A stretch of 64,000 nt of DNA, from NCBI GenBank assembly GCA_016188455.1, contig JACPHR010000010.1, forward strand, positions 3,655-67,654. Direction: 5' to 3'. The first letter of the stretch is position 1. Each line of letters opens with the position of its first letter. The notes beneath the pieces were generated by a model. It made no database searches, was not told where the DNA came from, and was given only the letters and a program-made list of their open reading frames with translations. This document shows positions 16,413 to 24,583 of the stretch, in pieces. Both the position numbers and the translations under genes were made by a program. This stretch comes from Candidatus Tayloriibacteriota bacterium. Its GTDB lineage: Bacteria; Patescibacteriota; Minisyncoccia; Phycocordibacterales; SIBU01.

Positions 16413-18683
16413 ATGAAATTATTGATCGTTGAATCGCCGGCGAAGGCGAAAACCATTTCAAAATATCTGGACGGCCTGCCTGCGCCTGCCGGCGCGAAAG
16501 CAGGCGGGCAGGCGGGCCGGTACATCGTCAAGGCTTCCGTCGGCCATGTCCGCGACCTGCCAAAGAGCAATAAAAACGCCATTGACATTGAGGGCGGCTT
16601 TGTGCCCCATTACGAAATTTCCAAAGGCAAGGAAAAGGTGGTCTCTGAGATAGAGGCTTTGGCCAGGAAGGCGGACACCGTGCTCTTGGCCACCGACCCC
16701 GACCGCGAGGGCGAGGCCATTGCTTGGCACTTATCCGAGCTTATAAAGGATAAGCTCGGAGAATCACGAATCAAGAATCACGAATCAAGAAGACCGATAC
16801 AGAGGGTGGTGTACCATGAAATAACGAGGGAGGCCATAAAAGAGGCTTTGGAGCATCCGCGAGACATTGACGAAAACTTGCGGCGCGCTCAGGAGGCGCG
16901 GCGGGTTTTAGACCGTCTCGTCGGCTACGACCTCTCCGGCCTGATTTGGAAAAAAGTGCGCTACGGCTTGTCCGCCGGCCGGGTTCAGTCTCCGGCTCTG
17001 CGCATTTTGGTGGAACGGGAGCGGGAAATTCGCGCCTTTAAGCCGGAAAAATTTTTCGTCATCAGCGCGGAAGTGGAAAGCAAAACCGGCGGTCGGTTCA
17101 TGCTTTTCTGCGTGGCAGAACCGCGCGACAAAGGGCTGGTGGAAAAAATCCTGGCGGCGGGCCGGCGCGAAGATTGGGTCGTTAAAGAGATTGCCGAAAC
17201 CGAAGCCAAGCGAACGCCGAAGGCGCCTTTCATCACCTCCACTCTCCAGCAAACCGCGAGCTCGCGGCTGGGATTCGCCCCCTCGCGCACCATGGGCATC
17301 GCCCAAAAACTTTACGAAGCGGGACTGATTACCTACATGCGCACCGACAGCACCACTTTGTCCGCCCACGCCCTGGCCCAAATCGGCCCGGCCATTCTGA
17401 AAAAATTCGGCGCCGGCCTCCACCAAAACCGGGTCTTCGCCAAAAAAAGCAAGAACGCCCAGGAAGCCCACGAAGCCATCCGCCCGACCAATCTTTCTCT
17501 GGAATCCGCCGGCGCGGGAAACGAGGCCCGCAAGCTCTACCGTTTGATTTGGCAGAGGACAATCGCCAGCCAAATGATTGACGCCAAAATTTTACGAAGC
17601 AAGATTACTGTCAGGGTCGGCACGGGCCCCTCGCCTGCGCTCGGGGCAAGCGAAATTCCGGACTTTGCCGTGGGCGGCTCGCGGTTGCTTTCCCCCGGCT
17701 GGCTCTTGGCCGACCCCGAAGCGCGGGGCGAGGATGTTGAACTGCCGAAAGTTTCCTTGAACGAAAAACTAACGCTCCTTCAACTGAAAACGGAAGAAAA
17801 AGCGACGGAGCCGCCGCCGCGCTACAGCGAAGCGGGTCTGGTCAAAGAGCTTGAGAAGCGCGGCATTGGCAGGCCCTCAACCTACGCCTCCATCCTCAAA
17901 ACCATTGAAGACCGGGGCTACGTGACCAAAGAAAACAAAGCCTTGAAACCGACGGATACCGGCGAAGTGGTCAGCGGCTTTCTGGAAGACAATTTTCCGA
18001 CTTACATTAGCGACAATTTTACCGCGGAGATGGAAGACAAACTTGACGATATCGCCGTAGGAGCGCGTCAGTACGAAAAAACTCTTGAGGAATTTTATAA
18101 ACCCTTCCATAAGGAAGTAAAAGCCAAGGAAAAGGCGGAAAAAGCCACCAACCTTGGAGAAGGCCCGAAAGAATTTTCCTGTCCGGTCTGCGACGGGCCC
18201 ATGATTATAAAACTCGGCAGGAGTGGAAGATTTTTAAGCTGCGCCAAATTCCCCGATTGCTTGGGCGCCCGCGCCATTGACGGCAAGGAACTTGAAGGGC
18301 CGAAAGAAACCGGCGAACTCTGTCCGGAATGTAAAACCGGCAAACTGGTTGAGCGCGACGGCAAGTTTGGCCGCTTTATCGCCTGCTCCAATTATCCGAA
18401 ATGCAAATATGTCAAGAAAGACGAGGCGCTGGAAAAGCAAAACTCAACCGGTGTCCTCTGCCCCGTCTGCAAGGAAGGCTTCATGACCGAGCGCCGCGGC
18501 CGATTCGGCCTTTTTTACAGCTGTTCCAACTATCCCAAATGCAAAAACGCCATCAAAGCCAAACCGACCGGAGCGCTCTGCCGCCTCTGCGGCGCGCTGA
18601 TGATGGAAGGCACGAAAACCATCCCCGAAAGATGCAGTAATAAAACTTGTGCCAACCATAACCCCCACAAACTCGCGAAGTAA
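16413..18683 (+). CDS. topA: DNA topoisomerase I with C-terminal zinc-ribbon repeats
   Basis: MKLLIVESPAKAKTISKYL Toprim N-terminus. Four Cys4 zinc ribbons at the C-terminus. An in-frame ~15-aa insert (LPAPAGAKAGGQAGR) is encoded by a GC-rich palindromic element. Confidence 0.95.
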   Translation: MKLLIVESPAKAKTISKYLDGLPAPAGAKAGGQAGRYIVKASVGHVRDLPKSNKNAIDIEGGFVPHYEISKGKEKVVSEIEALARKADTVLLATDPDREGEAIAWHLSELIKDKLGESRIKNHESRRPIQRVVYHEITREAIKEALEHPRDIDENLRRAQEARRVLDRLVGYDLSGLIWKKVRYGLSAGRVQSPALRILVEREREIRAFKPEKFFVISAEVESKTGGRFMLFCVAEPRDKGLVEKILAAGRREDWVVKEIAETEAKRTPKAPFITSTLQQTASSRLGFAPSRTMGIAQKLYEAGLITYMRTDSTTLSAHALAQIGPAILKKFGAGLHQNRVFAKKSKNAQEAHEAIRPTNLSLESAGAGNEARKLYRLIWQRTIASQMIDAKILRSKITVRVGTGPSPALGASEIPDFAVGGSRLLSPGWLLADPEARGEDVELPKVSLNEKLTLLQLKTEEKATEPPPRYSEAGLVKELEKRGIGRPSTYASILKTIEDRGYVTKENKALKPTDTGEVVSGFLEDNFPTYISDNFTAEMEDKLDDIAVGARQYEKTLEEFYKPFHKEVKAKEKAEKATNLGEGPKEFSCPVCDGPMIIKLGRSGRFLSCAKFPDCLGARAIDGKELEGPKETGELCPECKTGKLVERDGKFGRFIACSNYPKCKYVKKDEALEKQNSTGVLCPVCKEGFMTERRGRFGLFYSCSNYPKCKNAIKAKPTGALCRLCGALMMEGTKTIPERCSNKTCANHNPHKLAK
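16473..16518 (+). mobile_element. in-frame GC-rich palindromic mini-element (family E-like) inside topA
   Basis: ggcctgcctgcgcctgcc..gcaggcgggcaggcgggcc, an inverted repeat of the CCTGCC/GGCAGG type also seen at 23614 and 57688. It encodes an insertion absent from canonical TopA N-termini. Confidence 0.45.
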
Positions 18684-18821
18684 ATTTGGGAGCACGCAAC
18701 CTGCGTTGCGTGCGCAAGGGGTTTTCGTGAGGCGGAGTCATGTTTCGTCAGCGGACGAAACGGACGAGCCGGGGTCGCGAAAAATCCTGCTCGACGGAGC
18801 AGGGTTTATTTGTGACCGAAG
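18684..18821 (+). repeat. family A structured repeat unit (3 hairpins, 138 bp) inserted at the topA 3-prime end
   Basis: Homologous to the three tandem units after tRNA-Lys (40271-40676). Conserved linkers gcgcg.ggcggag and gacgagccggggtcg. Compensatory changes keep the hairpins intact. Confidence 0.6.
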
Positions 18822-18887
18822 ACGATTCCCGAACGTTGCTCCAACAAAACATGCGCAATGCACAACCCTCATAAACTCGCGAAGTAA
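18822..18887 (+). repeat. displaced duplicate of the last 66 nt of topA
   Basis: Translates to TIPERCSNKTCAMHNPHKLAK*, against the in-gene TIPERCSNKTCANHNPHKLAK*. About 80 percent nt identity; the differences are mostly synonymous. Confidence 0.6.
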
Positions 18888-18951
18888 TGAAAAAGCGTGG
18901 AGCCTGCTAATGAAGCCCCTTGCCCGAGATATCCCGTTGCAGTAGCATATA

Positions 18952-20460
18952 ATGAATATGGCAACCGTCAAAGACATCACCGACCTGATGCAAAATCCCT
19001 CGGCAGAGGACCTGACCGTCATCGCCAAAGCCTACGATTTCGCCGAGAAAGCCCATGCTGGTCAGCGGCGCGTTTCGGGAGAACCCTACTTCCTCCACCT
19101 CGTTGAAACGGCCAAAACTCTGGCCGAGCTCGGCATGGGTACCATGACTATTTCCGCCGGCCTGCTCCACGATTCAATTGAAGACGTAAACGTCAAACCG
19201 GAAAGCATTGAACGGGAGTTCGGCAAAGAAATCCGCTTTCTGGTGGAAGGGGTGACCAAACTGGGCAAACTTCACTACAGTGGTGCGGAACGTTATACCG
19301 AGAGTCTCCGCAAACTCTGCGTGGCCATGTCTAAAGACGTTCGGGTGCTGATTATCAAGCTGGCGGACCGGCTTCAGAACATGAAAACCCTTGAGGTGTT
19401 GCCGAAGGAAAAACGCGAACGCATCGCTTTGGAAACTCTGGAAATTTACGCCCCCTTGGCCTACCGCCTCGGCATCCGAAAGTTCAACCGTGAGTTGGAA
19501 GACCTGGCTTTTCCCCACGTGCATCCGGTCGAACACCGCAAAGTCAAAGAGTTGCTTAAAACAAAAAGCCGCGAGAAAGCGCGCCGTCTGGAAAAATTCC
19601 ACAAAGGAGTTTTGCGCCAGCTGGCCCGCGGAGGCGTCACCGAAATTCAGACCGGCTACCGGCTCAAAGGCTTATACAGCCTCTATCGCAAGCTCTTGAG
19701 AAAAAATTGGGACATTGAAAAAATCTACGACATTTCCGCTCTGAGGATTATCGTACCGACCGTTGGCGATTGCTATCGGGTGCTCGGTTTGATTCACAAC
19801 GTTTGGCGGCCGCTACCCGGCCGCATCAAAGACTACATCGCCTTCCCCAAGCCGAACAATTACCGGGGCATTCACACGACGATTTTTACCGGCGACGGCG
19901 GCATCATTGAAGTCCAAATCAGAACCCAGGAGATGCACCGGAAAACCGAGTACGGCATGCACTTTGAATACAAAGAAACCGCGGGCAATCCGAAACCGAA
20001 TTTCGCCGGCATTGAGTGGGTAAAGCGGTTCTTCCCGGCGTTCATACTCGGCAACAGGGAAATAAAAGAGGGGCAAAAAAATCCCGAGAGGACGCCGTCG
20101 TGGATTCAGGAGCTGGGCGAATACAACAAAGAGGTTTCGGGCGCCGAAGAGTTTGTTGAGGACGTCAAAAGCGATTTTTTCAGCGACAGGGTTTTCGTTT
20201 TTACGCCTAAAGGCGACGTGATTGATTTACCGACAGACTCAAGCCCTGTTGATTTTGCCTATGCCATTCACTCTGATATAGGCAATCACATGTCGGGAGC
20301 GAAGGTTAACGGCAAACTGGCGGCCCTGGAAACCAAGCTTCAAAATGGCGACATCGTGGAAATAGTGACCAAACCACCCGCTCGTCCAAGCCGAAAATGG
20401 CTGGCAATAACCAAAACCACCTTGGCCAAAAAACACATCAAGGCGGCGCTGGAAACGTAG
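18952..20460 (+). CDS. rel: bifunctional (p)ppGpp synthetase/hydrolase (RelA/SpoT family; HD + synthetase + TGS, no ACT)
   Basis: HD motif HLVETAKTL..LLHDSIED. Synthetase motifs YRGIHTTIF and IEVQIRTQEMH. TGS segment VFVFTPKGDVIDLP. Confidence 0.9.
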   Translation: MNMATVKDITDLMQNPSAEDLTVIAKAYDFAEKAHAGQRRVSGEPYFLHLVETAKTLAELGMGTMTISAGLLHDSIEDVNVKPESIEREFGKEIRFLVEGVTKLGKLHYSGAERYTESLRKLCVAMSKDVRVLIIKLADRLQNMKTLEVLPKEKRERIALETLEIYAPLAYRLGIRKFNRELEDLAFPHVHPVEHRKVKELLKTKSREKARRLEKFHKGVLRQLARGGVTEIQTGYRLKGLYSLYRKLLRKNWDIEKIYDISALRIIVPTVGDCYRVLGLIHNVWRPLPGRIKDYIAFPKPNNYRGIHTTIFTGDGGIIEVQIRTQEMHRKTEYGMHFEYKETAGNPKPNFAGIEWVKRFFPAFILGNREIKEGQKNPERTPSWIQELGEYNKEVSGAEEFVEDVKSDFFSDRVFVFTPKGDVIDLPTDSSPVDFAYAIHSDIGNHMSGAKVNGKLAALETKLQNGDIVEIVTKPPARPSRKWLAITKTTLAKKHIKAALET

Positions 20461-20851
20461 CAGTGAGAGCGCAAAACACAGTTCACAAAATCCAAACAAA
20501 ACACAAAACCACCAAACATACAAACAGTTCACTCCCCTTTTGGGTTTTGGGAAACTGTGCTTTGTTTACCTTGAATTACGAAACTCGGTTTCCGCGAAGA
20601 GCACTTCATCCCGCGCGCCTTATCCGGACTGAGGCAAGCCCCCGCACCAATTTCACCAAAGATGCGCGAGGGGTTTTGACGAGAGAGGCGGGTATAGACA
20701 CGCGACAATCACTGCATATCTGTTTTGTTAAATTGGTGTTGGGGCAAGCGGGAAGAAGTTCTCGAAACGCCAGTTCCGTAATTCAAGGTTTGTTTAGTTT
20801 TTGCCTGCCCGACTTCGCATGGACGAAGTTCGGGCGGGCGCCTGTTTTACC

Positions 20852-21814
20852 CTAGATACTGAAATTTTTGAGCGAATAGAGTTCTTCTTCGTTTTCGTCG
20901 GCTTGAATCTCATCCTTGGTCCTATCGTCAACCGGCGCTTCGGCGGCGGCCGCGGCGGCAATCGGCGCCGCTAAGCCGGCCGGCTTTCGGGCGTTTATCG
21001 TCTCCACCAAAGCATGAAGGTCGTCATCGGAAAAAAACTCAATGGTAATCTTGCCGCCCACTTCTTTCCGCTCAATCCGCACCCTGGTGCCGAGCGACTC
21101 CTTGAGCTTGGCCTCAATGGCCAAAAGCTCCGGGTCAACGTCGGCATTGTGAGCGCGGACGCGGTCAAGGGCAATCTTGCGGGCGATGACCTCCGCCTCC
21201 CGAACGGTAATTTTCCTAAAAATAATTTCCTTAAAAAGCGTCGCCTGCTCCGACGGCCGGTCAATGAGCATCAAAAGCGGCCGGGTGTGGCCTTCGGAGA
21301 TTTTGCCTTCCGAAAGGGCGATGAGCATCTCCTCCGGCAGGGCCAAAATGCGGAGAGTGTTTGAAACATAGACGCGGCTTTTGCCAACCTTGGCCGCAAT
21401 CTCGGCGTGCGTAAATCTAAATTCCGTGCTTAGCCGATAAAAAGCCCTCGCCCTGTCAACGGGGTTCAAATCTTCGCGCTGTAAATTTTCAATAATGGCC
21501 AGTTCCAGTTTTTCTCGGTCACTTTGCTCTGTTGAACGGATAATCACCGGCACTTGTTCAAGACCGGCCAGTTTGGAGGCCCGGAGCCGCCGCTCGCCGG
21601 AAATCAGCTCGTACTCCACCAAAAGCCCGCCGTCCTCTTTCATTCGTTCATGGCGGGTAACGACCAGCGGCTGAAGCACGCCGTACATGCGGATGGAGTC
21701 GGCCAAATCCCGAAGCTTCACCTCGTCAAACTCGTGCCGCGGCTGGTACGGGTTCGGATGAATCTTGTCAACCTCAATCCAAAATATGGCGTCGTTAAAA
21801 AATTGCGAGGGCAT
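20852..21814 (-). CDS. parB: ParB/Spo0J-family partition protein
   Basis: ParB N-domain (IHPNPYQPRHEFDE..LADSIRMYGVLQPLVV) plus an HTH. Acidic C-terminal tail. Confidence 0.85.
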   Translation of the reverse strand: MPSQFFNDAIFWIEVDKIHPNPYQPRHEFDEVKLRDLADSIRMYGVLQPLVVTRHERMKEDGGLLVEYELISGERRLRASKLAGLEQVPVIIRSTEQSDREKLELAIIENLQREDLNPVDRARAFYRLSTEFRFTHAEIAAKVGKSRVYVSNTLRILALPEEMLIALSEGKISEGHTRPLLMLIDRPSEQATLFKEIIFRKITVREAEVIARKIALDRVRAHNADVDPELLAIEAKLKESLGTRVRIERKEVGGKITIEFFSDDDLHALVETINARKPAGLAAPIAAAAAAEAPVDDRTKDEIQADENEEELYSLKNFSI

Positions 21815-21940
21815 AAAAAAGTTGAAAGTTACAAGTTTGTAAAGTTATAAAGTAAAAAGAATCACACCCACATGGTAACATACAAGAACGGCATGTGAAA
21901 TTGATTTTTGTGTATAATTTGATTAGACTGATAATTTAAA

Positions 21941-22025
21941 GCCAGAGTGATGAAATTGGCAAACATACTCGACTCAAAATCGAGCGCCGAAAGGCTTGTG
22001 GGTTCAAATCCCACCTCTGGCACCA
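21941..22025 (+). tRNA. tRNA-Leu (anticodon CAA), long variable arm, CCA encoded
   Basis: Acceptor GCCAGAG/CTCTGGC. Anticodon loop cTCAAaa, with positions 34-36 = CAA. 13-nt variable arm. T-arm GTGGG-TTCAAAT-CCCAC. Confidence 0.8.
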
Positions 22026-22224
22026 ACGCTCGTCAAGGCGACCCACCCAACTCGCTGCAGACGCATCTGCGTCGAAGCGGGCGGGAGTCAGGTAGGCAAA
22101 ATCACGCGGGGCAATCTATGAGAGTTTGATCCCCTCCTCGCCCACCACTTGTGCTAGATTTTCTCCCGCGTCACCATCCCCACGTGACTACTGCTCAGTT
22201 CACAAGCAAGATTAATTCCCCGCT

Positions 22225-22258
22225 CTTATATTCTAATTCGCGCGAATTAGAATATAAG
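22225..22258. promoter_or_regulatory. 34-bp perfect palindrome (ArsR-type operator copy / bidirectional terminator) downstream of arsR-like gene 1
   Basis: cttatattctaattcgcgcgaattagaatataag. Confidence 0.5.
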
Positions 22259-22268
22259 AAAAACAATG

Positions 22269-22529
22269 CTATAAAACCTTCAGCACTGATTGAATGACTG
22301 CGGGAGATTTGCCATTCAGAAAATAGTAAACCTCAAGAGCCTGCTGGCGCTTGTCCAGAATATCAGCGCGAGAGAGTATATTGAGATGCTTCGAGGTCGA
22401 GGTGAATGACAGTTTAATCTCATCGGCGATTTCTCCCACTGTTGCCTCATGTTCCTTTTTCAGAAATGCAACAATGGCAAGACGTCTGCGATTCGCCATG
22501 GCTTTCAATACTCGCTCATATTCTTTCAT
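22269..22529 (-). CDS. ArsR/SmtB-family winged-HTH transcriptional repressor (paralog 1)
   Basis: 86 aa. RLAIVAFL..TVGEIADEIKLSFTSTSKHLNIL motif. 69 percent identical to the paralog at 23659. Confidence 0.7.
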   Translation of the reverse strand: MKEYERVLKAMANRRRLAIVAFLKKEHEATVGEIADEIKLSFTSTSKHLNILSRADILDKRQQALEVYYFLNGKSPAVIQSVLKVL

Positions 22530-22553
22530 GGTACTATATATTATACCGGTACT

Positions 22554-22575
22554 TTCTAATTCGCGCGAATTAGAA
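22554..22575. promoter_or_regulatory. 22-bp perfect palindromic operator in the divergent arsR-like-1 / miaA promoter region
   Basis: ttctaattcgcgcgaattagaa, about 25 bp upstream of the arsR-like start. A tatatat -10-like sequence lies between. Confidence 0.55.
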
Positions 22576-22602
22576 AATGATGAATTTGTGGATAAGCATC
22601 AC

Positions 22603-23589
22603 ATGGAGGCGAGTTTTGAGAAATACATGAGAAGAGCTGATAAAATTATCATTATTGCTGGGCCGACGGCGGTCGGAAAAAGCACGCTCGCCGTTAAGAT
22701 TGCAAAGAAATTCGGCGGAGAGATTGTTTCAGCCGATTCGCGGCAGGTCTATCGCGGATTAAACATCGGCACGGGAAAAATTACCAAAAAAGAAATGTGC
22801 GGAGTACCGCATCATTTGCTTGACGTGGCGAGCCCGCGTCGCAGATTCAGCGTGGTGGAGTATCAAAAGCTCGCCCGACAAAAAATCAAGGATGTTTTGT
22901 CTATGGGCAAGCTCCCCATCATCTGCGGCGGGGCCGGTTTCTACATTGAAGCCGTCGCGGACAATGTGGCCCTGCCCGACGCGCCGCCGAATGAAAAACT
23001 CCGCGCTCGGCTCCGAAAAGAAACTCCTGAAACTCTGCTGAACCTGCTGATGAAACTTGACCCGGCCCGAGCCGAAAACATTGACCGAAAAAATCCCCGC
23101 CGGCTGATTCGGGCGATTGAGGTCGCCCGGTCTCTCGGCTCCGTTCCTTCTCCTCTTCCTCTTCAACATTCATACGTTCCCTGCCTTGCCGGCAGGCAGG
23201 CTAGGAATGTAGGAATGTCAAAGAAAGAATTCAACGTACTCTGGATCGGGCTTACCCTGCCTCCGGCGGAACTGAAAAGGAAAATTGCTATTCGCTTATT
23301 CGCGCGAATTAGAAAAGGTATGATACAAGAAGCCCGGCGGCTTCACAAAAACGGCCTCTCGTGGAAACGAATGGAGGAGCTGGGTCTTGAGTATCGCCAC
23401 CTCGCGCGCTACCTGCGAAATAAAACGTCAAAACTGGAAATGACTGATAAATTGCAGACAGAAATCTGGCGCTACGCCAAGCGCCAGCTAACCTGGTTCA
23501 AACGCAACCGGCGAATCAGGTGGTTCCAGCCAAACCAAACGGAAGAAATTAAAACGTTGGTTAAAAACTTCCTGTCAAAATCAAAATGA
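22603..23589 (+). CDS. miaA: tRNA dimethylallyltransferase
   Basis: P-loop IIIIAGPTAVGKST and the SADSRQVYRGLNIGTGK motif. The track ORF has a spurious N-terminal extension running antisense to the arsR-like gene. Carries a lineage-specific insert around 23165-23300 that includes palindrome-derived sequence. Confidence 0.85.
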   Translation: MEASFEKYMRRADKIIIIAGPTAVGKSTLAVKIAKKFGGEIVSADSRQVYRGLNIGTGKITKKEMCGVPHHLLDVASPRRRFSVVEYQKLARQKIKDVLSMGKLPIICGGAGFYIEAVADNVALPDAPPNEKLRARLRKETPETLLNLLMKLDPARAENIDRKNPRRLIRAIEVARSLGSVPSPLPLQHSYVPCLAGRQARNVGMSKKEFNVLWIGLTLPPAELKRKIAIRLFARIRKGMIQEARRLHKNGLSWKRMEELGLEYRHLARYLRNKTSKLEMTDKLQTEIWRYAKRQLTWFKRNRRIRWFQPNQTEEIKTLVKNFLSKSK

Positions 23590-23613
23590 CATCCCGCACT
23601 ATTCGCTTATTCG

Positions 23614-23652
23614 CCCGCCTGCCAAAGCCTGAGCTTGGCGATGGCGGGCAGG
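23614..23652. mobile_element. family E mini-element (TIRs only, 39 bp) inserted at the centre of an ArsR-type operator palindrome
   Basis: cccgcctgcc-aaagcctgagcttggcgat-ggcgggcagg, flanked by ttattcg | cgcgaattag. Removing it restores aattcgcgcgaatt. Confidence 0.5.
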
Positions 23653-23658
23653 CGCGAA

Positions 23659-23919
23659 TTAGAGAACAGAAATAAGATATTTAATAACAGGCACTTGTAA
23701 GTTGGTGATTTTATAAAACATTTGAAGGCTGACTTGCTCTTTTTCAAGAATTTCTGCGGCACTTAGAATAAGCAAATGTTTAGAAGTTGATGTGAAAGAA
23801 AGCTTGATGTTCTCTGCAACTGCACCAACTGACGCGACTTTCTTTTTCTTGAGGAAAGCCAGAATCGCTAACCGTCTTTTGTTCGCCACTGCCTTCAATT
23901 GTCTTTCGAGTTTTATCAT
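23659..23919 (-). CDS. ArsR/SmtB-family winged-HTH transcriptional repressor (paralog 2)
   Basis: 86 aa. RLAILAFL..SVGAVAENIKLSFTSTSKHLLIL. Confidence 0.7.
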   Translation of the reverse strand: MIKLERQLKAVANKRRLAILAFLKKKKVASVGAVAENIKLSFTSTSKHLLILSAAEILEKEQVSLQMFYKITNLQVPVIKYLISVL

Positions 23920-23937
23920 CCCTATTTTTTATTTATC

Positions 23938-23969
23938 TTATTGTCTAATTCGCGCGAATTAGACAATAA
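23938..23969. promoter_or_regulatory. 32-bp perfect palindromic operator upstream of arsR-like gene 2
   Basis: ttattgtctaattcgcgcgaattagacaataa, about 20 bp upstream of the start. Confidence 0.55.
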
Positions 23970-23992
23970 ATTAATTATTTTGAGGCATTTTC

Positions 23993-24154
23993 GGCGGGAG
24001 CTGGAGGAATCGGTCACAACTCTCGTTCTCCCGTCGGAGAACTCGGTCGCGACCCCGCCTCGTTCTCGCTCGGAACTCGCGAGATACTCCGGCTTCCGCT
24101 TCCTCTCGCGACCCAAGCAGTTGGCTCGCTCAACTCCCCATTCGGCCGCACTCA
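23993..24154 (-). repeat. family B element (~140 bp) plus 21-nt duplicate of the tRNA-Trp 3-prime end
   Basis: ggcgggagctggaggaatcgg at 23993-24013 repeats 24155-24175. The intervening sequence is ~70 percent identical to 28317-28442. Confidence 0.55.
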
Positions 24155-24228
24155 TGGCGGGAGCTGGAGGAATCGGACCTCCGACCGACGTTTTGGAGAC
24201 GTCCATTATGCCACTTAACTAAGCTCCC
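24155..24228 (-). tRNA. tRNA-Trp (anticodon CCA), CCA encoded
   Basis: Acceptor GGGAGCT/AGCTCCC. Anticodon arm GACGT-cTCCAaa-ACGTC. Atypical T-loop TCCGATT. Confidence 0.75.
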
Positions 24229-24290
24229 GGTGCGAGCAATATAGCACAAAAGGCGCGGGTTGCCAAAAAATAACCTCGCCCGGAGAGGGA

Positions 24291-24449
24291 TTATTTTTTG
24301 GCTTCTTTGTGCGGTGTCCGCGCGCGACACCATTTGCAAAATTTCTTGAGCTCTATCTTGCGCTCTACCTTCTTCTTGTTCTTTTCAGACCAATAGTTGG
24401 TGCGCTGACACTGGGAACAATTGAGCTTTATAAGTCGTTCCTGGCTCAT
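24291..24449 (-). CDS. rpmG: 50S ribosomal protein L33
   Basis: 52 aa, MSQERLIKLNCSQCQRTNYWSEKNKKKVERKIELKKFCKWCRARTPHKEAKK. Two CxxC pairs form the zinc ribbon. Under 60 aa, so absent from the ORF track. Next to tRNA-Trp, as in many bacteria. Confidence 0.75.
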   Translation of the reverse strand: MSQERLIKLNCSQCQRTNYWSEKNKKKVERKIELKKFCKWCRARTPHKEAKK

Positions 24450-24531
24450 ATGCTAGTTGGTAAGTTAATAACTTGGCACGTCTGTAAGTTTTAAGAGAAA
24501 CAGAATATAGCAGAAAACCACAGAAAAGAAA

Positions 24532-24561
24532 AGGCCTGAACTCGCAAGCGAGTTCAGGCCT
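24532..24561 (-). terminator. rho-independent terminator of the 24584 gene
   Basis: aggcctgaactcgc-aa-gcgagttcaggcct, followed by a T-run on the minus strand. Confidence 0.6.
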
Positions 24562-24583
24562 CACAAACACAACTTTAGCCTTT

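Noticed and set aside
20540-20600. ctgtgctttgtttacc, resembling the SRP (4.5S) RNA domain IV GGUGCUGUUUACC
   Set aside because: The downstream sequence lacks the conserved GGAA tetraloop and AGCAGCCAAGGCAG context. Treated as coincidence.
21941-22025. tRNA that at first sight has a UCA anticodon (UGA-reading suppressor, Sec or code-25 tRNA-Gly)
   Set aside because: With a 5-bp stem CTCGA/TCGAG and a 7-nt loop CTCAAAA, positions 34-36 are CAA. That makes it an ordinary tRNA-Leu with a long variable arm. All long ORFs use TGA as a stop, so UGA is not reassigned.
22110-22135. agagtttgatcc, resembling the 16S rRNA 5-prime end
   Set aside because: The match stops after 12 nt and no other 16S-like sequence follows. 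The region instead resembles a degenerate copy of the tRNA-Leu(CAA) 3-prime end.
22351-22602. N-terminal 84 codons of the track ORF 22351..23589
   Set aside because: It runs antisense through the arsR-like gene and its operator. MiaA homology begins at the ATG at 22603 or 22627.
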